A stretch of DNA of 64,000 nt from Tricharina praecox (lineage: Eukaryota), in contig NW_026250421.1 in the NCBI RefSeq assembly GCF_024521635.1, forward strand, positions 124,001 to 188,000, written 5' to 3'. The notes under the pieces are model-generated. The model worked only from the letters and a program-made list of their open reading frames with translations. It made no database searches and was not told the origin of the DNA. Both the position numbers and the translations under genes were made by a program. Positions 50,044 to 64,000 of this stretch are shown here, in pieces; the first letter of the stretch is position 1; each line of letters starts with the position of its first letter.

Positions 50044-51779
50044 TGGGTTGTGGAATAAGCGCGGGGGGCGCGCTGTCAAAACGATAGCGATTAAGTAAGT
50101 GCGGAATCGACGGGGTTGACGATAGGGAGGATCTGGATCTCTTCTGCCGTTCTTCTTTTCCGTTGGATGGATGGGGTTTGACAGGTGGACGGTCAGCCCA
50201 GCTTCATGCGAGGCTCTGCAGGCTGATATGGTGCTTGTCGGTTCAAGGTTGCGTCCTTAAAGGTGCGACCACCGGTGCCAGTGCTATTTTGGAGTCGGTT
50301 AAGCTTGACTCCAGGCTTTAGGCGGAATGTTTGGTTTGCGGGGCAGCCCATGGACGAGGCAGCCCACGGACAGTGCAGACGATAGTGGCCGAGATTAGAT
50401 AAGATCTGAACAGATTGGACCGAATGCACGAGAGCTCAAAGCCATCTCTTGAAGGTTTCCAGGAACTTCTACTGCATTCTGAACCTCTCTCTGACTTCTT
50501 GTTTTGCTGTAGACTCAGAAGGCAAACTTTGGTGCACGATATATCACTCCAATTTCACGCTTGGAGGCTGTGTATCATCTGGCTGATGGAATTTTGGCTG
50601 TGTATAAGTAGAAAACTTACCCATGAGCCTTTGGAGTACTTCACATATTGTGTACCTACCTCAGTACTTACTTGTTGCAACCAGGAATGAGGACTTGGAA
50701 AAGTGGTTTCCATCTTGGACCAGTGCAAACCGTACCTGGATCACGAAAGCACCGAAGCATGAAAAGCACAGCCTGTGTAATATCGATCACCCAAGGATCC
50801 AGAATCAGGGTCAACCATCCTCTTAATCAGTTAATTCAAAGACGGCTGTCGTTGATATCGACTGGTAATGGAGGCATTATGGTGGTCATAATAAGCAGTG
50901 ATGATCAGCATACCGAGCTGGTGTGCGCTTTGCAGCATGAGGTTCTTCGATCCTCACTCGGATACAAGGACTCACAATCCTGAGATCTGCGGGGTAGTCT
51001 GGGTATCCCGTAGCTGCAGTATGTGAAGCCCGTACCAACACCGAACATATGAAGTTCGATATGTCACGCATACTAGAAAACCGCAGACGAACATGCTCTA
51101 ACCGCCCTCTGCAAGCTGGCCCGTGCGCGGCCCGGGCGCCTATATCGTGGCGGTACGCGGTAAAATTGGAGTTCTGGCGGAAGATTGGTTATCGCCGCCA
51201 AGATGTCTTAGCACCAGGATGCCTCTCTAATTGGAGCTCTCTTTCGACACCACGCAAGGTCCCGCAGATGCTTACAAGGGGACGATGCTCGACGAGATGC
51301 CTCACTAACGAGCCTCTTCCTCGGTGCATCAAAGCTCACACCAAAAATGTTCCATAAGACGTATATGAAGGCAAATAAAGGGAGTCGCAATGCCTCGCGA
51401 TAAACCTTCACGTGTGTTGAGAGGCACCGTTACATAAAGCTGCAGGGCAAATGTACCCTGTGCTCTTCTTTTGCTCTAACCCAAACCGTCGCACAAAGTG
51501 CCCGTTGCTCCCTCCACCACTTGTGAAATTGCTCCTCGCGCAATCTCCCTACAACACGGCACGATACTCTCTCCTATCACCACCCATCCAGACTCAACCT
51601 TCACCACTTCGTTCGATCGTAGGAGCTTCATACCTATTCGCTTTAATCAACCCACCTCGCCTTTCTTTCGACGCTTTCTGGCTTCATCCATGCTCCCAGA
51701 TCCTACCATAGCTTGCTAAACCCCACCCCATTTCCACCAGCAAACTTACCGAACCGACAGCTGCAATCAAACCGCCGTC

Positions 51780-54700
51780 ATGGACGGTCCGGTGCTGGTT
51801 CCCGCCAACAGTGGCCCACCCAATCCTGTGACACCGGGAGCTATGATCAGTGCATTCAATCCCGTTGTGCTTGCTGATTACCTCGCGGAAGTGCTTGCCG
51901 TAACTCTAGGTTCAAAGAGGTCGGATCTTGAAGCCCCCGGAAGCTTGTTTCACAGTGACAAGTACCCCGAGACCCTACAGAAACTCTCACGATATGCGAC
52001 GGAGCCCGTAGTGGCGCTGTATGCTTCAAAAGATACTCTCGAGGCTGAAGAAGCGCTCAGTGATTCCGCTTGTGGGATTTCTCTTCCCGGCCCGCGCCAT
52101 ATCTCAAACTGACCCTGATGATGTAGCATCCCACTTAGGCGTTACGTCCATCCGCCATGCATACTCAATATCATCCGAACTATCGTCGTCAGCGTCGACG
52201 GTGGCCTCGGTGGCCTTCATCAAACGGCCGATCCCCCTCGACTCCGCCGTACCGCTACATGTACAGCTACAGATCATGAATCTTCCCGGAACACTGGCGC
52301 TCAGTGGTGGCGCGCAGGGCTCAGTGTCTCCTTTCGAAATTCTACATTCACTCGTACACTCGGCTCTTGCTCCGTACTTTGACGCGTACACCAAAGGACA
52401 GGAGAGTCAGATTACCGTGCGATCAAACCGCTACGCAGATGCAGAGGCCAAGACAGGTGTTCCGGTGACGAAGAAGAAGCTTGCCGAACTGGAGCTGTCG
52501 TTGCTGCATTTGCAACAGAACATCGATATTCCCGAACTCTTCCTTACATTACATCCTGTGATCCAGCAGGCTTTGGACGACGCTGCGGCCAAGGGCTCTC
52601 GGGCTTCTCTTGACCTGGTACCGGCAGAGTTGCTGCAAGACAGTTCGTTCCTCAACAATCTGCAGTCGACCGTCAATGCCTGGATCAAATCAATCCAGTC
52701 TATAACCAAAATGTCGAGGGACACGGAGAGTGGCTCGGCTACGCAGGAGATAAATTTCTGGCTGTCGATGGAGATGGCTTTGGAAAAGATTGATGAGCAG
52801 CTTCGGGGAGACGGCGTCCAGCTTACCCTTGACGTCTTGAAGCATGCAAAACGTTTTCTTGCCACCGTCAGTTTCATTGCTGATACGGGGCTCAAAGAAG
52901 CCACCGATCGAGGTCCACACTCCTTCTTTGTACTGCCCTTCTAGCACATACGTTGACTTTGTTTTGTAGTACAAAAATATAACCAGCTTATGCGGGATTT
53001 CCCTCTTGACGAACTCTTGTCGGCCACTAGTCTGCAGAAGGTCCAAGATGCAGTCGTTGGCATCTTTTTGCACTTGAACAAGAAACTCCGTATCTCGCCG
53101 TACCCAATCCGGCGCGCGTTGCCACTGGTGGAAGCTATATCTGGCGACCTCGACTCGCAATTGCACAGCCTTCTAAGCGGTCGCCGCCTCATGCACCTCG
53201 AATACCGCGACTTTGAGTCCCTAATGAACGTAGCCGAGGGCATCTTTAAAACTTGGGATGAAAATGTCAAAGAGTTCACTAACATCGCGAGAGATGTCAC
53301 TCGAAAACGTTCGGAGAAGTTCATTCCCATCAAGATCCAATCCAGACATCTTAAGACACAGGAGAGATTGGCGTACATCCGTGCGTTCCGACACGGCCAC
53401 GAGCAGCTGCAGCGGACCATCGCGAATGTCTTAGGACCTCAGAGCGGAGGTCCTGCTTCGGACGCTGCGGCTGTCATGGACGACATAGGAGATGTTGATG
53501 CGGTTGATGAAGTGGCTCAGGCTTATGCCGTGCTCAAGGATGTGGATGTTCTGGACGTGTCACCCGAGGGAACTGAGATCTGGATTGCAGCGGAGAACGC
53601 CTACAACGAGAGGACCTCCCGAGTTGAGAATTCCATCATCGCCAGACTGAGAGATCGACTGGCGACGGCTAAGACCGCCAATGAGATGTTCCGGGTGTTC
53701 TCCAAATTCAACGCGCTTTTCGTGCGGCCAAAGATCAGGGGTGCAATCCAAGAGTACCAAACACAGCTTATCGACAGTGTCAAACACGACATCGCCGCGC
53801 TACACGAGCGGTTTAAGCAGCAGTATGGTCATTCCGAAGCCCATGCCATGGCCCAGTTGCATGATCTTCCGCCGATCTCGGGTGCCATCATCTGGGCTCG
53901 CCAGATTGAGAGGCAGTTGGTTGCATACATGAAGCGTGTGGAGGATGTCCTCGGACGAGGATGGGAAATGTACCATGAAGGCCAAAAACTGTCAGGAGAG
54001 AGCCAGTCGTTCAAGAAGAAGTTGGATACCCGGCCTATCTTCGATTCCTGGTTGGCCGATGTGAACAGGCGCAATATCGCCATATCTGGGAGGTTGTTCA
54101 ACATCAATCGTAACCGAGCTGCAGGCAACACCCTTGAGCTGGTGGTCAACTTCGACCCCCAGGTCATTGCCCTCTTCAAGGAAGTCCGGAATCTTACCTG
54201 GCTTAATTACCAAGTCCCACATGCTATCACCAACATTTCAAAGGAGGCGAAGCGGGTCTACCCTTATGCTGTGAGCTTGATGGAAACCGTCAGGACTCTG
54301 GCTCAGACAAATCGTACTATCTCGGAAATGTCAGAAGTTTCGGTCCTTCTCAGTGGCTATCAGAATGAAGTGCATTCCCTCATCATGAAGGGTGTACCGC
54401 TCAAATGGGAATCATTTGTACATTCATATGACCTCCATCTCAGACAATTGCAGTACTTGCCGAATGGCGGTGTTGACCCTTCGACTTCCTTGGCTGGTCG
54501 GGAAAGCAGGCATGTTCAGTTTGTTCGTGACTTCGCAGCAGCCGTCTCGATCCTGCAGGGCAAGACCGGTTCGTTGGCCACCATCCACGACACTATCCAA
54601 AAAGCCATGGCGGAACTTCGGACTTGTCCCTATGATAACAATGCATTCCAACACACCATCGACACCATTCAGGCGGCTGTCGATCAGCTGAACCTCGAGA

Positions 54701-57700
54701 ACTATGTCAACCTGGCCCACTGGGTCGGTGAATTGAATCAGAAAATCGAGATGATATTCCTCACAAGGCTCCAGGAAGCCGTGGTACTGTGGATCGACAT
54801 ATTCAAAGGGGAGAGAGATGATGGTGTGGACAGTGATATCATCCGCAAGCGGATCAGTCGCATTGAGGACACTGGCATGGATGGAATTGTGAGGGATGAT
54901 GGCGCATACAACCCCAAGATGAAGAGGCTCGTTCACGAAATAAGTATTCGGAACCAAGTCATCTATCTTGATCCTCCGTTGGAGTTTGCCAGGGCGAGCT
55001 GGTTCCTGCAGTTGCACCAGTGGCTCGGCGTGGTGTGCAATCTCCACAAGCTCAAGGCCAGTCGGTATGAAATGAACATTAATATCGATGCCAGCGAGGT
55101 GGAGATTTTCCATGAATTGGTATGATTCTTGCCCTCCCCGGTGGATGACTGCGACTGATGAAATTAGCCTGCACATTGTGCCCCAACAATTTCCGAGGCC
55201 TACCAGGCAGTGGAGACCAAGATCGGCGTGATTGCAGCGTATGTTGAGGAGTGGCTCCGCTTCCAATCCCTCTGGGACTTGCAGTCAGAGCAGGTCTATG
55301 ACGCTCTTGGAGACAACCTTGGAAAATGGCTCCAGCTGTTGCACGAGATCCGCAAATCAAGGTCCACCTTCGATACCTCCGACGTTAGCCGGTCCTTTGG
55401 CAATATCATCATCGATTACGAGCAAGTGCAGACCAAGGTCAATGCGAAGTACGACCAGTGGCAACACGACATTCTCATCAAGTTTGCCAACAAGCTTGGA
55501 AACCGCATGCGAGAGGCGTACGCCGAGATTGGAAAGGCGAGAAAAGACCTGGAGGGGCAGTCCCTTGAGGCTTCATCAACTGCACAGGCCGTGGCATTCA
55601 TCACCGTTGTCCAACAATCAAAAAGAAAGGTGAAGGCATGGGCACCCGAGGTGGAGATGTTCAAGCAGGGTGAAACAACCTTGACTAGACAACGTTATCA
55701 ATTCCCTCAGGACTGGCTCTATGTTGATCAGATTGGCGGTGAATGGACCGCACTCAATGAGATTTTGGCTCGCAAGAGCAAAATCGTACAGGACCAGACC
55801 GGTATGTTATCATCTTGAATCCCAGCGGTGTACCGATACTTACAGTCTCGCAGATGCGCTTAGAGCGAAGATCGTCGCCGAGGATAGAGTTGTCGCGGAC
55901 AAGATCAATAATGTCGTGGCGGAGTGGAACGACCAAAAGCCCGTATCCGGCACGATCCAGCCCGAGGATGCCTCCGCTACGCTCAGCACATTCGAAACCA
56001 GGCTGACGCAGCTCAAGGCCGAGTCGGAGATGGTCTCGAAAGCAAAGGAGGCGTTGGATATTGCTGCTGGTCCGGACAATTTGTTGACAGGCATTCTCGA
56101 GGAAGTGCAGGACTTCAAATCCGTTTGGTCGGCGTTGTCCACCATCTGGAAGAGCTTGAACGACCTGCGCGATACCCTATGGTCGAGTGTCATTACTCGC
56201 AAGATTCGACAGGGCCTTGAGGGTCTCATCAACATGACCAAGGAGATGCCCAGCAGAATGCGGCAATACGCTGCTTTCGAACACATCCAAAACGTGCTGC
56301 GGTTGCTCGTGAAGGTTAATCCACTGTTGTCCGATCTCAAGTCAGAAGCCGTCCGGGAGAGACATTGGACCAAGATCTTCAAGGCACTCAAGCCTGGACA
56401 GAGGGTATACCTCAGCTCTCTCAACCTCGGAACCGTGTGGGACCTCAATCTGGTAGCCAGTGAGCCCATCATTCGCGACATCATCGCACAGGCCCAGGGT
56501 GAAATGGCGCTTGAGGAGTTCCTGAAGCAAGTCCGCGAGACCTGGACCGGTTACGTTCTTGACTTGGTCGGATATCAGAACAAGTGCCGCCTTATCCGGG
56601 GATGGGACGATCTGTTTGCGAAGTGCAGCGAGAACCTCAACTCCCTTCAGGCTATGAGACACTCTCCCTACTACAAGGAGTTCGAAGACGAGGCATCTTC
56701 TTGGGAGGATAAACTCAATAGGGTACATGTGCTCTTCGACATCTGGATCGATGTTCAGAGACAATGGGTTTACCTTGAGGGAGTTTTTACCGGTAATGCC
56801 GATATCAAACATCTTTTGCCCATCGAGTCGTCACGATTCCAGAATATCAACTCGGAGTTCTTCACAGTTATGAAGAAGGTGTACAAGTCGCCGTACGTCC
56901 TCGATGTCCTCAACATCTCTGGTGTGCAAAAGTCTTTGGAGCGACTCGCAGAGTTATTGAACAAGATCCAGAAGGCGTTGGGAGAATACTTGGAGAAGGA
57001 GAGGGTTTCGTTCCCGCGGTTCTACTTTGTCGGTGATGAAGATTTGCTCGAGATCATCGGAAACAGTAATGACTCGGTGCGGATCCAAAAGCATTTCAAG
57101 AAGATGTTCGCCGGTCTGTCTGGCTTAGTTCTTGACGATGACTCGACGATCGTTGCCTTCACCTCCAAGGAGGGCGAAGAGGTCCGTTTGAAGAAGGAAA
57201 TCTCTTTGATCAAGACTCCGAAGATTAACGACTGGTTAACGGCACTGGAGACGAACATGAAGTTGACCCTCGCCGAGCTTCTATGTGAGGCAGTCACGGA
57301 ATTCAAGGCGATATTTGCTGCCAAGGACCTCGACATGGTCGCGTTCAAGGAGCACATTACCAAGTTCCCGGCCCAGATCGTGGTGCTGGCGACGCAGGTT
57401 GTTTGGACGACAGTGGTGGAGAAGGTGTTGGAGGAGGGTGGATCGGGGTTGCAGTTTTTGTACGAGCAGGAGGTTAAGGTCCTCACCCTGCTGGCTTCCA
57501 TGGTCCTGGGTGATATGGAGGCTATTCAACGAAAGAAGTGCGAGCATCTCATCACGGAGTTTGTACACCAACGCGACTGCATTCAGAGACTGGCTGCCAA
57601 ATCGGCTTCTACCGCGCAAGATCATCTCTGGCTTTTGCAGATGAGGTATCATTACTCGGATGAAGGGGACTTCATCAATCGCCTCTGTATCCGAATGGCA

Positions 57701-60700
57701 AATGCCGAACTGGACTACGGCTTCGAATACCTGGGTGTACCTGAGAGATTGGTCCGCACACCACTAACCGACCGCTGTTTCTTGACTTTGACGCAGGCGC
57801 TATGCCAGCGACTCGGAGGATCTCCATATGGTCCCGCCGGAACAGGAAAGACCGAATCAGTCAAGGCGTTGGGTGTTCAGCTCGGAAGGTTTACGCTGGT
57901 GTTCTGTTGTGACGACACGTTTGATTTCCAGGCGATGGGGAGGATCTTTTTGGGTATTTGTCAGGTTGGTGCTTGGGGTTGTTTCGACGAGTTCAATCGT
58001 CTGGAGGAGAGGATTCTGTCCGCCGTTTCCCAACAGGTTCAGAACATCCAAATTGGACTCAAGAAGAATATCGAGAATCCGGATGCGCAGATCGAGATGG
58101 TTGGTAGACAGTTGAAGGTGCACAAAAACACGGGTAAGTCTAACTTTATTGCGGATTTCTATGGTCACTGACATTTGCCAGGTATCTTCATCACCATGAA
58201 TCCTGGATATGCCGGCCGTTCGAACTTGCCGGACAATTTGAAGAAACTTTTCCGAAGTGTAGCCATGTCCAAGCCGGACAAAGAGCTCATCACGGAAGTC
58301 ATGCTATACTCCCAGGGATTCATCCAGGCCAAGGAGTTGGCCAAATCCACAGTACCGTTCTTCGACTCGTGTGCTCTCCGACTGTCAAAGCAAGCCCACT
58401 ACGATTTCGGCCTGCGAGCTCTCAAGAGTGTGCTGGTCAGTTCCGGTGGTCTCAAGCGTGCAAAGATTACGGATGCTGGTGACAACGCTAGTGACGTCAA
58501 GTGGGAGGCGCAAATCATTGTTCAGAGTTTGAGGGAGACCATTGCTCCTAAGTTGATCCGGAGTGATGTTGAGATTATGAAGGAGATCGAACGCGAGGCA
58601 TTCCCGGGCGTGGAGTATGTGCCAGGAAACATGAGCAAGCTGGAAGACGCCATCAAGAAGATAGCCGCGGAACAGAATTTCGTCGTCACCGATACCTGGA
58701 TGACCAAGATCCTTCAGCTCTACCAGATTCAGAACATTCATCACGGTGTTATGATGGTCGGAAACTCCGGATCTGGAAAGTCTGGTGCTTGGAAAGTTCT
58801 CCTACAGGCTCTGCAACAGGTCGAGGGGCAGGAAGGTGTCCATCATGTCATCGATCCTAAGGTCATGTCAAAGGAGGCGTTGTACGGAAGTTTGGACTCC
58901 ACAACAAGAGAATGGACCGACGGTCTATTTACCAGTATCCTCCGGAAGATCGTCGACAACCTCCGTGGAGAGGATACGAAGAGACACTGGATTGTATTTG
59001 ACGGTGATGTAGACCCCGAATGGGTAGAGAACTTGAACAGGTACTGCATTTTCCTTTGTGGCTGGCTGGTGGACGTCTGTGCTGACATTTTCTAGTGTTT
59101 TGGACGACAACAAGCTCCTCACACTGCCTAACGGAGAACGTTTGAACCTGCCTACGAATGTGCGGATCATGTTCGAAGTCGAAACACTCAAGTATGCGAC
59201 GTTGGCCACTGTCAGTCGATGCGGTATGGTGTGGTTCAGCGAGGACACCGTCACCTCCGATATGATGGTCACGAACTACCTAAAGTCTCTCCGCACCGTT
59301 GCGTTCGAGGATCTTGACGAGGACAACACTGTCAATGCTGGACAAATCTCGGCCAAGGCACTTCAGACCCAAGGACAAATGGCAAAACTGCTCACGCATC
59401 TACTCCAGAGTGGTGGCTTTATCATCAATGCCCTCAACGAAGCGCGGAAGTACAACCACATCATGGAATTTACGGATGTTCGCGCACTGAACACTCTCTT
59501 CTCACTGCTGAATAAAGTCGGCCGCACCATGATTGAGTACAACATCCAGCACGTGGACTTTCCCCTGGAGGATGAGCAGATCGAGGCTTTCGTTTCCAAG
59601 AAGCTTCTGACTGCTCTAGTCTGGAGTTTCACGGGTGACTGTCCCCTAGTTGATCGTGAAGCCTTCGGCCAGTATGTGAGCGGACAGTCAACCGTAGACC
59701 AACCCCCAGTCTTCGAAGGTGGCTCGCTCATCGACTACGACGTGACTATACCCAAGGCCGAATGGAGCAGGTGGCAAGACCAGGTTCCCAACATCGAGGT
59801 TAACACGCACTCTGTTACCCAGACGGATGTCGTCATTCCTACTCTCGACACGATTCGCCACGAGGAGATCCTGTACTCTTGGTTGGCAGAGCACAAACCT
59901 CTTCTGCTTTGTGGTCCGCCTGGTTCGGGTAAGACGATGACGCTGTTCAGTGCCCTTAGGAAGTTGCCGAACATGGAGGTTGTCGGTCTCAATTTCTCGA
60001 GTGCTACCACACCGGATCTCTTGATCAAGACTTTCGAGCAATACTGCGAGTACAAGAAGACACTGAATGGTGTTGTCATGTCTCCCAACCAAATTGGAAG
60101 ATGGCTGGTGCTGTTCTGTGACGAAATCAACTTGCCCGCCCCGGATAAGTACGGCACACAGCGAGCCATCTCTTTCCTCAGACAGTTGGTTGAGCAGAAT
60201 GGTTTCTGGAGAACCTCGGACAAGACATGGGTTACTCTGGACCGGATTCAGTTCGTCGGAGCGTGTAATCCCCCGACAGATGCCGGACGTACACCTATGG
60301 GACTTCGTTTCCTGCGGCAGTGCCCGCTTATCATGGTCGATTACCCCGGAGAACAATCCCTCAACCAGATCTACGGAACGTTCAACAGTGCTGTTCTAAA
60401 GATCATCCCAACGCTTCGCGGTTACTCTGAGCCTCTTACCAAGGCAATGGTGCAGTTCTATCTTGAGTCTCAGAAACGGTTTACCCCTAAGATTCAGCCT
60501 CACTACGTCTATTCTCCTCGTGAGTTGACTAGATGGGTTCGTGGATTGTACGAGGCGATTCGTCCATTGGAGACCTTGTCGGTGGAAGGACTTGTTAGGA
60601 TCTGGGCTCACGAGGCCCTGAGACTGTTCGAAGATAGGCTTGTTGGCGAGGATGAGAGGAAGTGGACGGATGACGCAGCTCGTCGGATTGCTCTAGAGCA

Positions 60701-63700
60701 TTTCCCCAACATTGACGAAGAAAAGGCGCTCAAGGGTCCCATCCTATACTCGAACTGGCTATCCAAGAACTACGTACCAGTCGACCGCGAGCAACTCAGA
60801 GACTTCGCGAAGGCCCGCCTGAAGACTTTCTGCGAGGAAGAAGTGGATGTGCCACTCATTCTGTTCAACGATGTCCTGGAGCACGTTCTGAGAATCGATC
60901 GTGTATTCCGTCAACCCCAAGGTCATTTGATTCTGATCGGAGTCAGTGGATCCGGAAAGGTTAGTACCCTCCTCCGACTTAATCTTGTATGCCCTATTCT
61001 GACGATGGTGCCAGACTACTCTATCACGCTTTGTTGCTTGGATGAACGGATTGAAGGTTTTCCAGATCAAGGTCCATGGTAGATATTCCGCCGAAGATTT
61101 CGACGACGATTTGCGAGATGTTCTGCGCCGATGTGGATGCAAGGGCGAAAAGATATGCTTCATCATGGACGAGTCGAACGTTCTGGACTCCGGTTTCCTC
61201 GAGAGGATGAACACGCTACTTGCCAACGCCGAGGTTCCTGGTCTTTTCGAGGGTGATGAATTCGCTGCTCTGATGACTGCCTGCAAGGAGGGAGCCCAAC
61301 GACAAGGTCTTCTGTTGGATTCTCAGGAAGAATTGTACAAGTGGTTCACCCAGCAGATCGTCAAGAACCTACACGTAGTGTTCACGATGAATCCTCCCGA
61401 AGATGGTCTCTCGTCCAAAGCAGCTACGTCTCCGGCGTTGTTCAATCGTTGTGTTCTCAACTGGTTCGGAGATTGGTCGGACCAGGCGTTCTACCAAGTT
61501 GGTTCGGAGCTCACCCAATCACTCGACCTGGATCGTCCATCGTACCATGCACCCGACACCATTCCCGTGGCCTACAGAGAGCTTCCATTACCCCCGACTC
61601 ATCGCGAGGCCGTCGTCAATGCGATGGTGTACATCCATTACTCGCTCCACAGGTTCAACGCGAAGCTTCGGAAGCAGCAGGGAAAGGTTACGTTCCTTAC
61701 CCCACGTCATTTCCTGGACTTCGTAGCGCAGTATGTCAAGCTCTACAACGAGAAGCGCGAAGATCTGGAAGAACAGCAGCGTCACTTGAACGTGGGTCTG
61801 GAGAAGTTAAAGGATACCGTCGACAAGGTTCGGGATCTCCGTGTCAGTCTGGCGCAAAAGCAAGGCCAGCTCGAGAAGAAGAGTGCCGAGGCGAATGAGA
61901 AGCTGCAGCGCATGGTCGCCGACCAGCAAGAGACCGAGAAAAAGAGGGCCGCATCACTCGAGGTCCAGGCTGCACTGGAGATCCAGGAGAGGGTAGTGGC
62001 AGAGCGGAAGGAGGTTGTGTTGGACGACCTTGCCAGGGCAGAACCTGCTGTCGCGGAGGCTCAGCGCAGTGTCAAGAACATCAAGAAGACACATCTTACT
62101 GAAGTCAGGGTCATGGGCAAGCCTCCTATCAACGTCCAACTCGCCATGCAGTCTGTCTGCACTCTGCTCGGCCACAAGGTCAACGTTTGGGGCGATGTTC
62201 AGGCTATCATCCGTCGCGAGGACTTCATCTCTAGTATCGTCAACTTTGATAACGAGAAGCAGATGACCAAGAAACTTCGGCAGCAGATGCAAACCCAGTA
62301 CCTGTCAAACCCATCGTACAACTTCGAGGCGATGAACCGCGCTTCCCAGGCCTGTGGGCCTTTGGTGCAGTGGGTGGAGGCGCAAGTCAACTACTCTGAG
62401 ATCCTCGATCGTGTTGGGCCGTTGCGTGACGAGGTTACCCAGCTCGAGGAACAGGCTCTCCGGACCAAGGCCGAGGCGAAGGCCATGCAGGACACCATTT
62501 TCGAACTGGAGAACAGTATTGGACGGTACAAGGAGGAATACGCGGCGCTTATCAGTGAGACTCAAGCTCTCAAGACGGAGATGAAGCGCGTGCAGTTCAA
62601 GGTCGACCGCAGCGTGAAGCTCCTTGACAGTTTGTCATCCGAGAGAGTCCGTTGGGACGAGGGAAGTAAGTCGTTCGAGACCCAGATCGGTACGCTTGTT
62701 GGCGACGTTCTGGTCTCTGCTGCTTTCCTTGCGTACAGTGGCCTCTACGATCAGCAGTACCGAAAAGCCATGACCGACGACTGGCTCAACCACCTCCACC
62801 TTGCTGGCATCAAATTCAAGCAACACAATGCTGTGACCGAGTACCTGTCGACTGCAGATCAGCGTCTGGCATGGCAAGAGAACGGACTACCTGTGGACGA
62901 TCTTTGCACCGAGAATGCTATCGTTCTGAACCGGTTCAACCGTTATCCTCTCATTATCGACCCGTCGGGTAGAGCTACAGAGTATCTGGCGAACGAAAAT
63001 AAGGAAAGGCGTCTCACCATCACGAGTTTCCTCGATGACTCCTTCACGAAGCAATTGGAAAGTTCGCTGCGTTTCGGAAACCCCATTCTCATTCAAGACG
63101 CCGAGCATCTGGACCCGATCCTAAACCATGTTCTCAACAAGGAGTACCAGAAGACAGGAGGGCGTGTTTTGATCCAGCTAGGAAAGCAGGAGATTGATTT
63201 CTCGCCGTCATTCCGTCTCTTCTTATCGACTCGGGATCCCTCCGCTTCGTTTGCTCCCGATGTGTGTAGTAGGACGACGTTCGTCAACTTTACAGTCACC
63301 CAGAGCAGCTTGCAGACTCAGTCCCTCAACCAGGTCTTGAAGTTTGAACGCCCGGACGTTGATCTGCGCAGAACGAACCTCATGAAGCTGCAGGGCGAAT
63401 TCAAGCTCCACTTGCGACAGCTCGAGAAGAGGTTGCTCCAGGCGCTGAACGAGTCCAGAGGAAATATCCTTGACGACGATCGGGTCATTGACACCCTGGA
63501 GACTCTCAAGACCGAGGCTGCGGAAGTCTCACGAAAGATGCAGGAGACTGACGGCGTCATGACGGAGGTTGAAACAATCACCAAGCAGTACCAGATCATT
63601 GCGAAGGCTTGCAGTTCGGTGTTTGCTGTTCTTGAGCAACTTCACCACCTGAACCACTTCTACCAGTTCTCTCTGCAGTTCTTCCTTGACATCTTCCATT

Positions 63701-64000
63701 CGGTTCTACACGATAATAAGAAGCTGGACGCTGAAAAGGATTACAACCGTCGTGTGGACATTATCCTGCGCGATCTTTACATTACAGCCTACCAGCGCAC
63801 TTCGATTGGTCTTCTCCAAAAGGATCGAGTCACTCTAGCCATGCTTCTCGCTAAGGCGTCTACGTACGAGATTGATCAGTCGTTGATTGACAGGATCTTA
63901 GACGAGCAGATGCCTGGAGTCGACGTGTCGACTGAGACTGAGCGTAGAGATGAGGTCATGGTCCGTGCTTCACTGCTTCCAATCTTCAAGGACAGGCTCC
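51780..64000 (+). CDS. DYN1: Cytoplasmic dynein heavy chain (3'-partial, at least 8 exons)
   Basis: The tail contains QEINFW and RIKG-like [15 protein letters not shown]1 GPAGTGKTE and [12 protein letters not shown]2 [11 protein letters not shown]3 [11 protein letters not shown]4 GVSGSGK|T; then the stalk coiled coil and AAA5 [10 protein letters not shown]. The last exon stays open from about 61015 to the window end. Confidence 0.98.

Noticed and set aside
50898..50983. Box C (GTGATGA) and box D (CTGA) spaced like a C/D snoRNA
   Set aside because: The terminal stem is weak and I recognised no rRNA or snRNA complementary guide. It would need snoscan to revive.
3971..64000. Premature TAG codons needing sexual-stage A-to-I editing in the conserved genes
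   Set aside because: Every frame break I examined is explained by an intron; no in-exon stop was found.
1..64000. tRNA, 5S rRNA and other snRNAs (U2, U4, U5, U6)
   Set aside because: No cloverleaf, A/B-box pair or signature motifs were recognised by eye. A covariance-model scan would be needed to exclude them fully.

Overview
Eukaryotic, intron-containing DNA from a filamentous ascomycete; the class is my inference from gene style, possibly Pezizomycetes. I can assemble 14 protein-coding genes from exons: a two-RRM MSSP/RBMS-like RNA-binding protein, ATG16, NADPH-cytochrome P450 reductase, Dicer-like 1, Nudix ADP-ribose pyrophosphatase, TAP42, an IAH1-like SGNH esterase, TRS85, CHMP7/Cmp7, RAD18, ARC15, a Bud3-like RhoGEF, WDR48/UAF1 and cytoplasmic dynein heavy chain (runs off the right edge). 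The best feature missing from the ORF track is a U1 snRNA gene at about 20234-20370. It has its own TATA box, a non-canonical U1-70K loop and no visible stem-loop IV. Other items of note: many degenerate 5' splice sites including two probable GC-AG introns, a MITE-like hairpin about 1 kb upstream of the Dicer gene, a splice-dependent C-terminal HDEL on the esterase, a candidate orphan TATA-driven spliced transcript at 14.8-15.2 kb, and a dense microsatellite mosaic in the first 8.5 kb. I found no prokaryote-type systems (CRISPR, operons), tRNA or rRNA genes. All family calls come from motif recognition by eye; no database searches were run.
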